From NCBI GenBank assembly GCA_038206135.1, contig JBBRBD010000001.1:65919-129918 (forward strand): DNA of 64,000 nt. Reading direction: 5' to 3'. Source of the stretch: Patescibacteria group bacterium (GTDB lineage Bacteria; Patescibacteriota; Microgenomatia; UBA8517). Position numbers and translations under genes: made by a program. Numbering within the stretch: position 1 is the stretch's first letter; each line of letters opens with the position of its first letter. Below the pieces are notes generated by a model, which was given only the letters and a program-made list of their open reading frames with translations, searched no databases and had not been told where the DNA came from. Shown in pieces: positions 39,743-49,946 of this stretch.

Positions 39743-41251
39743 ATGAATCAAGTACCTCTTCACACACTAATACAAAATATTCAGATTATTGAGACACATG
39801 GGAGTTTACACGTTAATGTCTTAGGTATAACCTCAAATTCAAAGAAAGTTTTATCTAATTTTGCATTTGTTGCTGTGCGCGGACTTACAGTCGATGGTCA
39901 CAAGTTCATAGACAAGGCCATTGCTGCAGGTGCTATTGTTGTTATTGGCCAAAAACCATTTTTAGAAATTGAGGCATCAAGTATTTCAAAAGTGACATAT
40001 GTTCAGGTTACAAATTCGAAAGAAGATTTAGGGGTTCTTTGTTCAAATTTCTATGATAATCCTTCAGATAAATTGAAGATAATCGGAGTTACAGGTACCG
40101 ACGGAAAAACAACTACAAGTCATCTTATATTTTCAATTTTAAAAGCTAGCGGGTTCAAGACAGGTATGATTTCGACGCTTGGTGCTTATATCGAAAGTGA
40201 AAAAATAGAAACTGGTCTACATGTAACAAGCCCGGACGCAGAAGATGTGCAATATCTATTGTCACAAATGCGTTTGAATGGGGTTACACATGCTGTTCTT
40301 GAAGTAACTTCTCACTCGATTGATCAGGATCGGTTCTCTGGTGTGCACTTTGACGTTTCAGTTATTACAAACATAACTCACGAACACTTGGATTATCACA
40401 AAACTTTTGAAAACTATCGTGACACAAAATTAAGATTATTTCTAACATCTGAATATTCAATATTAAATATGGATGATCCATCATTTAATTATTTTAAAGG
40501 TAAACTTTTTAATAAAAATGTCTACACATACTCAAAATTAAGAATCGCAGATTATTATTCGACAAACATTGTAAATGACGGGACTATGTCATTTACTTTA
40601 AATACAAGTTTAACAAAAGAACATGTTTCAACTAATCTTGTAGGGGAATTCAATATATCAAACTGTCTTGCCGCGGCATCTGCCACACTAAGTATTGGCT
40701 GTAGAATATCTACTGTAGTCAATGCACTAAGTGTTTTTATATCGCCAGAAGGTCGTATGGAATTAATACCCAATAATATTGGACTAAAGATAGTAGTAGA
40801 TTTTGCACATACTCCGAATGCGCTTTTAAATCTTTTAAAAACGCTTAAATCTGAATTGTTAAATGGACACAAGTTGATTGTTGTCTTTGGATGTGCAGGG
40901 GAACGTGATAATTCTAAGCGTAAGTTGATGGGAAATGTAGCTGGCGAAATTGCAGATATCTCAGTTGTAACAACTGAGGATCCAAGACATGAATCAGTCG
41001 ACTTAATTAGCCGTGAAATTATTTCAGGAATAAAAGAGAAAAAAGGTGAATATAAAAGAATTGATGACAGGGGAGATGCTATCTTTCAGGCAATTAATGT
41101 TATTGCAATAAGTGGTGATATTGTTGTTGTTTCTGGAAAAGGTCATGAAAAATCAATGTCATTTGATGGAATTGAATATGAATGGTCAGATAAAAAAGCT
41201 ATCAAAGAAGCACTTAGCCAAAAAGTTTTAAAATTAAAACCGCTTAACTAA
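39743..41251 (+). CDS. murE: UDP-MurNAc-L-Ala-D-Glu--(2,6-diaminopimelate or L-Lys) ligase MurE
   Basis: IIGVTGTDGKTTTSHLIFSIL P-loop and ERDNSKR near the C-terminus (the MurE DNPR-region analog). Confidence 0.8.
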   Translation: MNQVPLHTLIQNIQIIETHGSLHVNVLGITSNSKKVLSNFAFVAVRGLTVDGHKFIDKAIAAGAIVVIGQKPFLEIEASSISKVTYVQVTNSKEDLGVLCSNFYDNPSDKLKIIGVTGTDGKTTTSHLIFSILKASGFKTGMISTLGAYIESEKIETGLHVTSPDAEDVQYLLSQMRLNGVTHAVLEVTSHSIDQDRFSGVHFDVSVITNITHEHLDYHKTFENYRDTKLRLFLTSEYSILNMDDPSFNYFKGKLFNKNVYTYSKLRIADYYSTNIVNDGTMSFTLNTSLTKEHVSTNLVGEFNISNCLAAASATLSIGCRISTVVNALSVFISPEGRMELIPNNIGLKIVVDFAHTPNALLNLLKTLKSELLNGHKLIVVFGCAGERDNSKRKLMGNVAGEIADISVVTTEDPRHESVDLISREIISGIKEKKGEYKRIDDRGDAIFQAINVIAISGDIVVVSGKGHEKSMSFDGIEYEWSDKKAIKEALSQKVLKLKPLN

Positions 41252-42595
41252 TTCATTAAATTGTTCACCCCTATCGTATTCATTATTAAACAACCCGAAT
41301 GAAGCAAACGCAGGACTAAAAAGAATTACATCATCATGTTGGGCAATGTCCACTGATTTATTAAAGCCTTCTTCAAGAGTTGAAACAAAATGTGAAGGAA
41401 TAGAAAGTGACTCAATAGAAGATTTTATCTTATCTGTTCCTGATCCTGGTATAAGAATTACAGCTTTTACATATTCTGGAATTATTTTAATTAGTGTCGA
41501 CATATCAATGCTTTTATCCGTTCCTCCCATTAAAAGTACTACGTTTTTGTTTTTTGAAACTGCCTTGAGTCCAGCAATTGTTGCATCTGGCATTGTCGAT
41601 GTCGTGTCATTAAAAATTTTAATTCCATCTTTTTCTTTAATTAGCTGAAGTCTACCTTCTACACCCGTGAACAATTCAACAGCTGTTTTAATAGTTTCGT
41701 CAGGTACTTGAAGCATTCGAGCAGCTGCAATTGAAAGGACTGCATTATATCTGTTATGTTCACCAGGAATATATAAGTTCCATGAATCAGGAAAATTCTG
41801 TGAGCCAAAAATACTCAAGCTACTATGAATGTCATTTTTATATTGATTTAAAATAATATCTTTTGCTTGCTCGCCTAAAATAAAAAAATCTGAAGGTTTT
41901 TGATTCAAGAAAATATTTGCTTTATCAGAAAGATATTTATGTAGATCATTATTATAATAATTCATGTGATCCGGTAGAAATGTGGTAAAGACTGAAATGT
42001 GTGGGGATATTCTGTCTTCGCCAAATCCTTGTAATTGCCACGAATCAAGCTCCAAAACTGCAATATCACCATTTTTTATTTCAGATAGAAATGGAAGTGT
42101 TGCAACTCCTTTAATATTCCCACCAAGGAAAATTTTTGCATCACCTAAAATATGTTCAGTATATGCTCTCATAAGTATCTGATAAATTAAGTGTGTTGTT
42201 GTGGACTTTCCTCTCGTTCCAGTTATACCAATAATTTTAACCCCGTTCTGCATTGCAATTTTTGAAAAAAGAGCAGAACTCATTTCAATTGGTATCCCTT
42301 GTTTTTTTGCTTCAGATATGTGAACTGAATCAAGAGGTACTCCTGCAGACTTCAATATCATGTCTCTATTTTGAAAGTCTTCAATACGATGTTCTCCTAA
42401 TATAAATTTAATATTTTCGTATTTGCTTAGTTGAATAAGACTTTCTTGAAGTGCTTCTTTGTTTTTTAAGTCTGTAACAATTAAGTCGGCTCCACAATCT
42501 GCAAGAAAGGCAGCATCTCCAACACCTCTTCCTAAAACGCCAAGACCCATTAATGTTATTTTTTTGTTTTTAAAATATTTTTTGAAATCCACCAT
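41234..42595 (-). CDS. murD: UDP-MurNAc-L-Ala--D-Glu ligase MurD
   Basis: N-terminal Rossmann segment KITLMGLGVLGRGVGDAAFLADCGADLIVTDLK, P-loop IIGITGTRGKSTTTHL and C-terminal FSPAFASFGLFNNEYDRGEQF, matching MurD SPACASxDQFxNFexRG. Start set at the internal ATG (42595); the 79-aa upstream extension in the track ORF is rejected. Confidence 0.8.
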   Translation of the reverse strand: MVDFKKYFKNKKITLMGLGVLGRGVGDAAFLADCGADLIVTDLKNKEALQESLIQLSKYENIKFILGEHRIEDFQNRDMILKSAGVPLDSVHISEAKKQGIPIEMSSALFSKIAMQNGVKIIGITGTRGKSTTTHLIYQILMRAYTEHILGDAKIFLGGNIKGVATLPFLSEIKNGDIAVLELDSWQLQGFGEDRISPHISVFTTFLPDHMNYYNNDLHKYLSDKANIFLNQKPSDFFILGEQAKDIILNQYKNDIHSSLSIFGSQNFPDSWNLYIPGEHNRYNAVLSIAAARMLQVPDETIKTAVELFTGVEGRLQLIKEKDGIKIFNDTTSTMPDATIAGLKAVSKNKNVVLLMGGTDKSIDMSTLIKIIPEYVKAVILIPGSGTDKIKSSIESLSIPSHFVSTLEEGFNKSVDIAQHDDVILFSPAFASFGLFNNEYDRGEQFNELVKRF

Positions 42596-42650
42596 TTGTT
42601 TGCAATTACTGTATTTTACAACCACTTCGTGAAAAGTGTAAAATAAGCCT

Positions 42651-43703
42651 ATGGGAAATCCGAGCATTATTACCCTGGCTCTTGGGCTAATTATCTTTTC
42701 ATTCCTTATAACTTCTATTTTAATAGTTCCTTTTATTGATTTTCTCTTCCGAAAGAAATTTACTCGACAAGTAGAAGGAGGAAAGTCTAGTAAGTCGCTC
42801 TTTGATAAATTACATGACAAAAAAGCTGGCACTCCAGTCGGAGGAGGGATTCTTGTAATTGGCGTTGTGGCTGTTTTGTTTATGATACTTATGCCGTTTA
42901 TTTCCTATGTAGGGATTCATATTCAATCTTCATTTAATTTAAGTCAGGAGCAATTTATTATCATCTTTACGTTTATTTCTTTTGGTGTAGTCGGGTTACT
43001 CGATGACTATATAAAGATTTTTGGTAAGCCACAGAAAGGAAATTTAGGGTCTGTTTTTGGACTCTCAAAAATTCAAAAATTTTCTCTCCAATGTGTACTT
43101 GCCGGTTTTATTGGGTTTTATTTATATCACTTCGTCGGAATACAGATATTACATGTACCTCTCTTTAACGTGACTATTCACCTCGGGGTGCTTTATATTC
43201 CATTTTCTGCATTTGTAATTATTTTTTTTACAAATGCGTTTAACTTTACAGATGGACTTGATGGTCTTGCTTCAGGATTGCTCATGATATATCTCTTTGC
43301 ATATGTAATTATTGCTGCAGGAAATCTTGATACTCCACTTTTTATCTTTACCGCACTTTGGCTTGGATCCTTAATTTCATTTTTATATTTCAACACATGG
43401 CCGGCACGTATTTGGATGGGCGATGCTGGAGCGCTTTCTTTTGGAGCAATGATTGCAGTAATTGGTTTGATTACAGGGAATGTTGCAACTACGTTTGTAA
43501 TTGGCGGAATTTTTGTAGTTGAGGCTGCTTCTTCATTAATTCAAATTTTGGGATATAAATTTCTGAAACGGAAAATTTTTCCATTGGCACCAATTCATCA
43601 CGCATTTCTTGCTGGTGGATGGGAGGAACCAAAAATTGTTATTCGTGCCTGGGTTGTTGGAATTATGCTTGCTATTCTCGGCTTGTGGCTTGCTACAATT
43701 TAA
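42651..43703 (+). CDS. mraY: Phospho-N-acetylmuramoyl-pentapeptide transferase MraY
   Basis: NAFNFTDGLDGLASG, ten TM helices, and typical length. Confidence 0.9.
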   Translation: MGNPSIITLALGLIIFSFLITSILIVPFIDFLFRKKFTRQVEGGKSSKSLFDKLHDKKAGTPVGGGILVIGVVAVLFMILMPFISYVGIHIQSSFNLSQEQFIIIFTFISFGVVGLLDDYIKIFGKPQKGNLGSVFGLSKIQKFSLQCVLAGFIGFYLYHFVGIQILHVPLFNVTIHLGVLYIPFSAFVIIFFTNAFNFTDGLDGLASGLLMIYLFAYVIIAAGNLDTPLFIFTALWLGSLISFLYFNTWPARIWMGDAGALSFGAMIAVIGLITGNVATTFVIGGIFVVEAASSLIQILGYKFLKRKIFPLAPIHHAFLAGGWEEPKIVIRAWVVGIMLAILGLWLATI

Positions 43704-43706
43704 GGT

Positions 43707-44846
43707 GTGTTAAAAACGAACTCCGTTGGTGATAAGGTGTTTTTTGGATTAACAATTCTCCTCACGATATTGGGGCTTCTAAGCGTTGCTAATACTTCAG
43801 CGCCACTTGCAGTAAGTGCATTCCACGACCCTTTATTTTTTGTAAAACAGCAGTTAGTTTGGGCTGCGCTTGGGTTTGTTGCCTTAATTGTTGCATATAT
43901 AACTCCGTATACACTCTGGAAAAAGTTTGCACCTCATATATTTGCAGGAACTCTCGTCCTTTTGGTTGCAGTATTAATACCAGGCCTAGGTTCACGATTG
44001 TTGGGTGCGCGTAGATGGATTAATCTTGGCCCAGTTAGTTTTCAACCTTCAGAATTTATTAAACTTGCACTTGCTTTGTTTTTTGCATGGATGGCTGAAA
44101 AAAAGTATCCGATTAAATATTTCGCGTGGACACTTGCTGCGGTTTCAGGCCTGGTGATGTTGCAGCCAGATCTGGGGACTACTATTACTATAGTACTTGT
44201 CGGCTTTGTCCAAATGTTTATCGCCGGGTTTCCATTACTCACATTGGGTATCTTTGGCGCAGGAGGCACACTGGCTGCATTTGTACTGGTCATGACTTCA
44301 GGCTATCGTCGAGACCGTTTACTCTCGTTTTTTTCCAGTGAGCATGATCCCACTGGAACGAGTTACCACGTTCGACAAATTTTATTAGCATTAGGTTCTG
44401 GAGGGTTGTTTGGAGTAGGTCTTGGTCAATCTAAACAAAAGCAATTATTTTTACCAGAAACAGCAACAGACTCAGTTTTTGCAGTAATATCCGAAGAGCT
44501 CGGTTTTGTTGGAGCCTTTTGTTTAATTTTACTACTCACTTATTTCTGTTTGAGAGCATTTAAAATTGCGAAAAATGCCCCAGATCGTTTTTCTCAAATA
44601 CTCGCAACTGGCATTGCCGCTTGGCTTTCTGGGCAAATGTTTTTAAATATTGCTTCCATGGTCTCGTTAACTCCACTTACAGGAATTCCGCTTCCATTTT
44701 TTAGCTACGGAGGTAGTTCACTTACCATGATTTTGCTCTCTGTTGGTATACTATTACAGATTTCACGATATGCTACCCCACAAACGCCAAATTACGGTTC
44801 TCTTAACCGGGGGCCACGCCGCCACCACAGCGTTCGCCACAATTGA
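43707..44846 (+). CDS. ftsW: SEDS-family peptidoglycan glycosyltransferase FtsW
   Basis: PLPFFSYGGSSLTMILLSVGILL SEDS C-terminal signature; sits in the dcw position between mraY and murG. Confidence 0.8.
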   Translation: MLKTNSVGDKVFFGLTILLTILGLLSVANTSAPLAVSAFHDPLFFVKQQLVWAALGFVALIVAYITPYTLWKKFAPHIFAGTLVLLVAVLIPGLGSRLLGARRWINLGPVSFQPSEFIKLALALFFAWMAEKKYPIKYFAWTLAAVSGLVMLQPDLGTTITIVLVGFVQMFIAGFPLLTLGIFGAGGTLAAFVLVMTSGYRRDRLLSFFSSEHDPTGTSYHVRQILLALGSGGLFGVGLGQSKQKQLFLPETATDSVFAVISEELGFVGAFCLILLLTYFCLRAFKIAKNAPDRFSQILATGIAAWLSGQMFLNIASMVSLTPLTGIPLPFFSYGGSSLTMILLSVGILLQISRYATPQTPNYGSLNRGPRRHHSVRHN

Positions 44847-45894
44847 AGAATTACGAGCTGATGCAGCAGTTGATTGGAACATCTCTTGGATTGGGCCTAA
44901 AAGAGCCCTTGAGGGTTCTACTATAAAGCCTTTTGAGTTAGATCTATTTCCAAAGCTTCACGTAACGGTTTATTCGATCACTGCAGGCAAATTACAAAGT
45001 AAATTTACCAGGTACACGATACCCGCACTACTCAAAATACCAGTTGGTTTTATTTCGAGTATCATTCTCCTCCGGAAGATTAAGCCGCAAGTGGTGCTTT
45101 CATTTGGTGGCTTTGCTGGTGTTCCTGTCGTCTTTGCCGCATATATATTGGGTATACCTATTGTCTTGCACGAACAAACGGTGGCTGCAGGTCTTGCAAA
45201 CAGAGTTACGGGATTTTTTGCCTCAAAAATTGCTTTGGCTCGCGTCGAAAGTAAACAATTTTTTAATCGGAAGAAATGTGTTGTTATTGGGAACCCCCTC
45301 ATGAGTGAAGTACTTAGAGTGAAAACAAAGGATTCTTTACCACAAATTCCTACTATTTACGTAACGGGAGGGTCTCGTGGAGCACAACGTATTAATAATC
45401 CAGTTTTTGTTTCTCTGCCTAAACTTCTATCGAAATATAAAATAATTCATCAAACAGGCTTGCTTGATTATGAAAAAGCTTTAACGGTGAAATCAAAGTT
45501 GGAGAAGCGCTTGCAATCTCGTTATGAAATACATGCATTTATTAATCCTGTTGAAATAGGAAATATTTACAATAAATCATCATTGGTTGTGGGAAGAGCA
45601 GGCGCAAATACTGTAAGCGAAGTTTTAAGTTTGGGGATTCCGAGTATATTCATACCGATTCCTTGGACACGGGCTAACGAGCAGACCAAAAATGCTGAGC
45701 ATGCACAAAAAACTGGAGTTTCAGTTTTGTTGCCTGAGTCGAGGTTAAACCCAGAAATATTTGTTCAAATGGTAAATTCAGTGTTTAAAAAGTGGAACAA
45801 GATGTACGAACTAGGAAGAATTCGATTGAATGAAAATATGGATAAAAATGCAGCAAAACGTTTAGTTGCTGTTTTATTGGAACTAATTCCATGA
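44770..45894 (+). CDS. murG: Undecaprenyl-PP-MurNAc-pentapeptide-UDP-GlcNAc GlcNAc transferase MurG (GT28)
   Basis: ITVLLTGGHAATTAFATIEEL (the G-loop of GT28) and a GT-B C-terminus. The first ATG (44770) overlaps ftsW by 77 nt; the track ORF starts at TTG 44743. Confidence 0.75.
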   Translation: MLPHKRQITVLLTGGHAATTAFATIEELRADAAVDWNISWIGPKRALEGSTIKPFELDLFPKLHVTVYSITAGKLQSKFTRYTIPALLKIPVGFISSIILLRKIKPQVVLSFGGFAGVPVVFAAYILGIPIVLHEQTVAAGLANRVTGFFASKIALARVESKQFFNRKKCVVIGNPLMSEVLRVKTKDSLPQIPTIYVTGGSRGAQRINNPVFVSLPKLLSKYKIIHQTGLLDYEKALTVKSKLEKRLQSRYEIHAFINPVEIGNIYNKSSLVVGRAGANTVSEVLSLGIPSIFIPIPWTRANEQTKNAEHAQKTGVSVLLPESRLNPEIFVQMVNSVFKKWNKMYELGRIRLNENMDKNAAKRLVAVLLELIP

Positions 45895-46562
45895 AGCGAG
45901 TTTTCTTTGCATTTGGAATTATCTTAGTAGTCATATTACTTGTATGTGTCTTTGTTTTGAAAGTTCGAAATACATCATGCTCAGCGTCTAACTTGACATG
46001 TCCATCAGATATTTCAACTGAAGTACATTCCTTTCAAGGAAGACGGCTATTTGGATCTCAAAAAGCACTTCGAAATTTTCTTTCAAATAAGCCTGAAGTG
46101 AAATCATTCTCAATTTACACTTCTCCTCTTGGAGATATTTTTATCAATTTAGAACTTAGAAAAGCTGATATTGCACTCTCACCAGAGGGTTCATCTGTCT
46201 TTACGCTATATACAAAAGAAGGTGTTGTAGTAAGAGAATCTCCAGGGACTACAGTACCTGTTGTTATATTAAAAGAGCAGCTACCCCCTGAAGCAGTTTC
46301 GTTTATTGTGCAACTTTCATGGCAACTTACGACGATACTTCCAGTTCAAGAAATGACTGTTGAAGGTAGCAGCCTCAAGGTTGTGTTACGCGATGGACGA
46401 TTTGTGCATTATCCATTGTCAGGAGACATCGATTTACTCCTTGGAACGACGCTTGCAACGTTTTCACAGTTGAACCTCACCGACGGAAAACTTATTATAG
46501 ATAAGAAGGCTACCGAAATTCATGAAATTGATCTTCGGTTCAAGAATCCCGTTTTGCGATAG
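45891..46562 (+). CDS. ftsQ: FtsQ/DivIB-like cell division protein (bitopic, POTRA-like)
   Basis: N-terminal TM (FFAFGIILVVILLVCVFVL); lies between murG and ftsA. Confidence 0.5.
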   Translation: MKRVFFAFGIILVVILLVCVFVLKVRNTSCSASNLTCPSDISTEVHSFQGRRLFGSQKALRNFLSNKPEVKSFSIYTSPLGDIFINLELRKADIALSPEGSSVFTLYTKEGVVVRESPGTTVPVVILKEQLPPEAVSFIVQLSWQLTTILPVQEMTVEGSSLKVVLRDGRFVHYPLSGDIDLLLGTTLATFSQLNLTDGKLIIDKKATEIHEIDLRFKNPVLR

Positions 46563-46580
46563 TATGATACATTAAAACAC

Positions 46581-47873
46581 ATGGCTAAACAAAAAATTGT
46601 TGCAGGTATAGATATCGGTTCAAGTAAAATTACCACTCTTATTGCTCAGGTAAGCGTGGAACCGATGACATATGAAACTTCAGTCTCCGTAGTTGGAGTA
46701 TCGAGTACACCAAGTAAAGGTGTAAAAAAAGGTCAAATTGTAAATATAGAAGAAGCAGTTGAATCTATCATTGCTTCTGTTGAAGGTGCAGAACGAATGG
46801 CTGGATACAATCTTGACTCTGCTTTTATCTCCGTGGGTGGTGCACATGTCTCTTCTCAAAACTCAACTGGAGTCGTTGCTGTTTCTGATCCTAATGGTGA
46901 AGTAAATGCAGCGGATGTGAACCGGGTTATTCAAGCCGCGCGTGCAATTTCAATTCCAGCAGCGAGGCAAGTTATTCATGTCCTCCCACGTGAGTTTATG
47001 GTTGATGGTGAGAGGGGAGTGCGTGATCCTGTTGGTATGAGTGGCGTTCGATTAGAGGTTGATACACATCTTATTACTGTCAGTTCAGCCGCTCTCAAGA
47101 ATGTAACAAAAGCTGTAAACGAAGTAGGAGTCAAAATAAACGATACGGTATTTAGTGCTTTAGCTTCCGCGTATGCAACGCTTTCGGACACTGAAAAGGA
47201 ACTTGGATGCGTGTTAATTGATATTGGAGCAGGCACGACTTCAATCGCGGCATATGTTGATGGCGCACTTGCTTATTCAGGAGCGCTTCCAGTTGGCGCT
47301 CGAAATGTTACAAACGATTTGGCAATAGGTCTTCGTGTCTCTCTCGACACAGCTGAAAACATAAAACTCAAACTTTCCGATAAAAGTTATATGGAAAAAA
47401 TGCAATCTGGGAATAAAGAAGTGAAACACGAACAGCTTGAAATTTCTGAAACTGGTTCCACAGAAATCAAAAAAGTTGCAAAACGAACGCTTACTGAAGG
47501 AATTATTAAGCCACGATTAAATGAAATTTTTAGTATGGTGAGAGCAGAACTTGAAAGAGTTGGCATCGTTCACAAAATACCTTCAGGAGTGATCCTGACA
47601 GGTGGAGGTGCACTTACTGTTGGTGTTGAAGATTCAGCGCGAAAAGTGCTTTCAGTGCCTGTGCGAGTGGCCTCGCCAAGTGGAATTTCTGGTCTTATTG
47701 ACGATATTGTAAATCCACAGTTCGCAACTTCCGTTGGACTAGTTTTGTATGGCGTCAAAATGAATCCAGAGGGCTCTTCTACTCCTTCATTTTCGACCGG
47801 AAAATTAAAGGGATTGCCAACTGGTAAAATGTTCGGTAGACTGATAGAGTCAATTCGAGATTTACTGCCGTAA
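46581..47873 (+). CDS. ftsA: Cell division protein FtsA (actin-like ATPase)
   Basis: KIVAGIDIGSSKITTLIA phosphate-1 motif and DIGAGTTSIA phosphate-2 motif. Confidence 0.85.
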   Translation: MAKQKIVAGIDIGSSKITTLIAQVSVEPMTYETSVSVVGVSSTPSKGVKKGQIVNIEEAVESIIASVEGAERMAGYNLDSAFISVGGAHVSSQNSTGVVAVSDPNGEVNAADVNRVIQAARAISIPAARQVIHVLPREFMVDGERGVRDPVGMSGVRLEVDTHLITVSSAALKNVTKAVNEVGVKINDTVFSALASAYATLSDTEKELGCVLIDIGAGTTSIAAYVDGALAYSGALPVGARNVTNDLAIGLRVSLDTAENIKLKLSDKSYMEKMQSGNKEVKHEQLEISETGSTEIKKVAKRTLTEGIIKPRLNEIFSMVRAELERVGIVHKIPSGVILTGGGALTVGVEDSARKVLSVPVRVASPSGISGLIDDIVNPQFATSVGLVLYGVKMNPEGSSTPSFSTGKLKGLPTGKMFGRLIESIRDLLP

Positions 47874-47912
47874 ATCTTTCTGCTACACTGCCCGTAGTTA
47901 TTTGTATATACT

Positions 47913-49106
47913 ATGGCGCTTGTTAAACCCGACGCGAGTCGAATCGCAAAAATAAAAGTTATTGGAGTTGGTGGTGGTGGTGGAAATGCCGTGGCTTCAA
48001 TGGTCGAAGGAAACACAATAGATGGTGTTGAATTTATTGTGGTCAATACAGATGCACAGGTACTTCTTGATAACACAGCGACAACAAAACTTCAGATTGG
48101 AGAAAAACTTACACGCGGACTTGGAGTAGGAGGAAATCCTGAAATTGGTTCTCAAGCTGCAGAAGAATCACAAGAAAAATTAAAAGAATTACTTCAAGAT
48201 TCTGATATGGTTTTCATCACAGCAGGTATGGGTGGTGGAACTGGGACTGGAGCTTCTCCGGTTGTTGCTCGAATTGCAAAAGAAATTGGAGCATTGACTG
48301 TTGGAATTGTTACAAAACCATTTGCTTTTGAAGGAGCAAGACGATCAATTCATGCAGAAGAAGGTATCGAGCGGCTCCGAGATGAAGTAGATACTCTTAT
48401 CGTTATTCCAAATCAGCGTCTTATGGATGTTGTAGATCGGAAGATGACACTTATTGAAGCATTTAAAATTGTAGATGGTGTATTGGGACAAGCGGTTACT
48501 GGAATCGCTGAAATTATTACAACACCAGGGTTGGTTAACGTTGACTTTGCAGACGTTAAGACCATCATGAAGGATGCTGGAACCGCACTGTTGGGAATTG
48601 GAGTTGGAGTAGGTGAGAACAGAGCACAAATGGCAGCTCGTGCCGCAATAAGTTCTCCGCTTCTCGATCTTTCAATTGATGGAGCTCGTGGAGTCCTGTT
48701 TAATGTAACAGGTGGATCTGATCTTACAATGTATGAGCTTGATGAAGCTGCTCGTATTATTAGTAGTGCGGCAGACCCTGATGCTAACGTCATATTCGGA
48801 TCAGTTATCAAAGATGATATGTCTGATCAAGTGCGTATTACAGTTGTCGCGACAGGGTTTGATGAGACACAAGCACGTCTTACAAAGTTTTCTCGACCAA
48901 TGGAGCCAGGTGCGCGTATGGAAGGGGTTATTGCAGAACCAAGAAGCACAATGATGAAAGAACAAAACGAGGAAAGACAAACAGTGGATGAAACACCGCG
49001 CAATGTTTTTAGCTCCCCTCAACCAGTTAATCAGGCACAAGAAGAAAAAACTGATGAATTTGGAGATGACTTTGAAATCCCAGCATTTCTTCGAAAAGTT
49101 CACTAA
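47913..49106 (+). CDS. ftsZ: Cell division GTPase FtsZ
   Basis: [14 protein letters not shown] and the GGGTGTGA tubulin signature. Confidence 0.9.
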   Translation: MALVKPDASRIAKIKVIGVGGGGGNAVASMVEGNTIDGVEFIVVNTDAQVLLDNTATTKLQIGEKLTRGLGVGGNPEIGSQAAEESQEKLKELLQDSDMVFITAGMGGGTGTGASPVVARIAKEIGALTVGIVTKPFAFEGARRSIHAEEGIERLRDEVDTLIVIPNQRLMDVVDRKMTLIEAFKIVDGVLGQAVTGIAEIITTPGLVNVDFADVKTIMKDAGTALLGIGVGVGENRAQMAARAAISSPLLDLSIDGARGVLFNVTGGSDLTMYELDEAARIISSAADPDANVIFGSVIKDDMSDQVRITVVATGFDETQARLTKFSRPMEPGARMEGVIAEPRSTMMKEQNEERQTVDETPRNVFSSPQPVNQAQEEKTDEFGDDFEIPAFLRKVH

Positions 49107-49129
49107 ATTCGCAAAAGTCCCCATAGTAC

Positions 49130-49157
49130 TTGACATTCGTCCAAAATCTGGTATAGT
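49130..49157 (+). promoter_or_regulatory. Strong sigma70-like promoter with an extended -10, immediately downstream of the ftsZ stop
   Basis: TTGACA (49130-49135), a 16-nt spacer, then TGgTATAGT (49149-49157). Confidence 0.45.
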
Positions 49158-49159
49158 AT

Positions 49160-49667
49160 GATCAACTCATTGAAAAGGCCTCAAAAGGTCTTGAAGATAG
49201 AGCCATGTAAGTGCCCTACGGGGCGGGTTGATTTCTTAAGGAGCAATTTGCGCTCAATCTAGCGGTCAGGGCTTTTAAAAGCACTGCTTCCTTAGGGCAC
49301 TATCATTTTAGTTCATTTACAGATAAATTTTTGACTTTCTTAATTAATACATGTTTTGTGTGTCGATTAAGGAAGCCAAGCAGAAGTGCTTGTATTCCAA
49401 ACAAGACGCATTGCGTCACGGTGGGGAAAGCTAGGAGCTTTTCATACGTTTGGTCGTCACCCACAAAGTGAACACATCAAACAATATTGCTTTTCAGTTT
49501 ATCTGGATAGCGTATGAAGGACTTCGAACTGAGGTGATATATATTGCCAAAGAGTGATTCTCACCGCGCGTAGTTAGCCAATAGCTACCCTGTCCTTCTC
49601 TCAAGAATTAAACTTCTTGAAAGAAAATTATTTGAAACTAGAGGGGGGATTTAAGTCCCCCCCTTTT
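49160..49667 (+). ncRNA. Candidate non-coding RNA of about 500 nt, identity unresolved. It runs from the promoter above to an intrinsic terminator and has no ORF of 60 aa or more in any frame.
   Basis: Bounded by the promoter and the terminator at 49643-49667. It contains the long-range complementary pair GTGCCCTA (49211-49218) and TAGGGCAC (49293-49300), the GACGCattGCGTC hairpin (49406-49418), and imperfect internal direct repeats (ttgatttcttaagg at 49228, ttgactttcttaatta at 49331, ttaaggaagccaag at 49367). Scattered, unconvincing similarity to RNase P RNA motifs is not claimed as an assignment. Confidence 0.3.
49643..49667 (+). terminator. Rho-independent terminator
   Basis: GGGGGGA (49643-49649), loop tttaag, TCCCCCC (49656-49662), then C plus TTTT (49664-49667). 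Confidence 0.55.
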
Positions 49668-49918
49668 GACTTTCTTAATTAGTGCACCTATCTTGGTGCA
49701 CTGCTTAAGGGGGCCAAGACTAAACACTTTTAAATTTTTAAAAGTTATTACAAGAGTTTAGTTTTCCCGCAGCCATTGTGGTTGCAGCCCTCTCGTTTTT
49801 ATCCGTTTTTCATGGAGTTAAGTGGAAGTAAAGTTGCTCTTAATTGAGCTACTGGAAACTTCCTCACAATCGTACTGTTACTTAACATACTTGTAACAGG
49901 ACGTTATCTTATGTCGTC

Positions 49919-49946
49919 GGGGCCAGCAGTCGTGCTGGCCCTTTTA
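49919..49946 (+). terminator. Rho-independent terminator
   Basis: GGCCAGCA (49921-49928), loop gtcg, TGCTGGCC (49933-49940), then C plus TTTT (49942-49945). Confidence 0.5.

Noticed and set aside
41234-42832. 79-aa N-terminal extension of the murD ORF
   Set aside because: The extension does not resemble MurD. The internal ATG at 42595 gives a canonical N-terminus (KITLMGLGVLGRG) and avoids a long overlap with mraY.
49641-49670. G7/C7 hairpin considered as a tmRNA T-arm
   Set aside because: The loop (tttaag) is not a T-loop, there is no downstream acceptor strand or CCA, and it is followed by a T-tract. It is interpreted as an intrinsic terminator.
49160-49730. RNase P RNA assignment for the post-ftsZ transcript
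   Set aside because: Isolated resemblances (GGGGAAAGCU, CCCACAAAGUGAACA, GAGGUGAUA...AGAGUGAUUCUCACC, GCUUA) occur in roughly the right order. However, no P4 pairing partner could be found, and repeated motifs confound the reading. It is left as an unassigned candidate ncRNA pending a covariance-model search.
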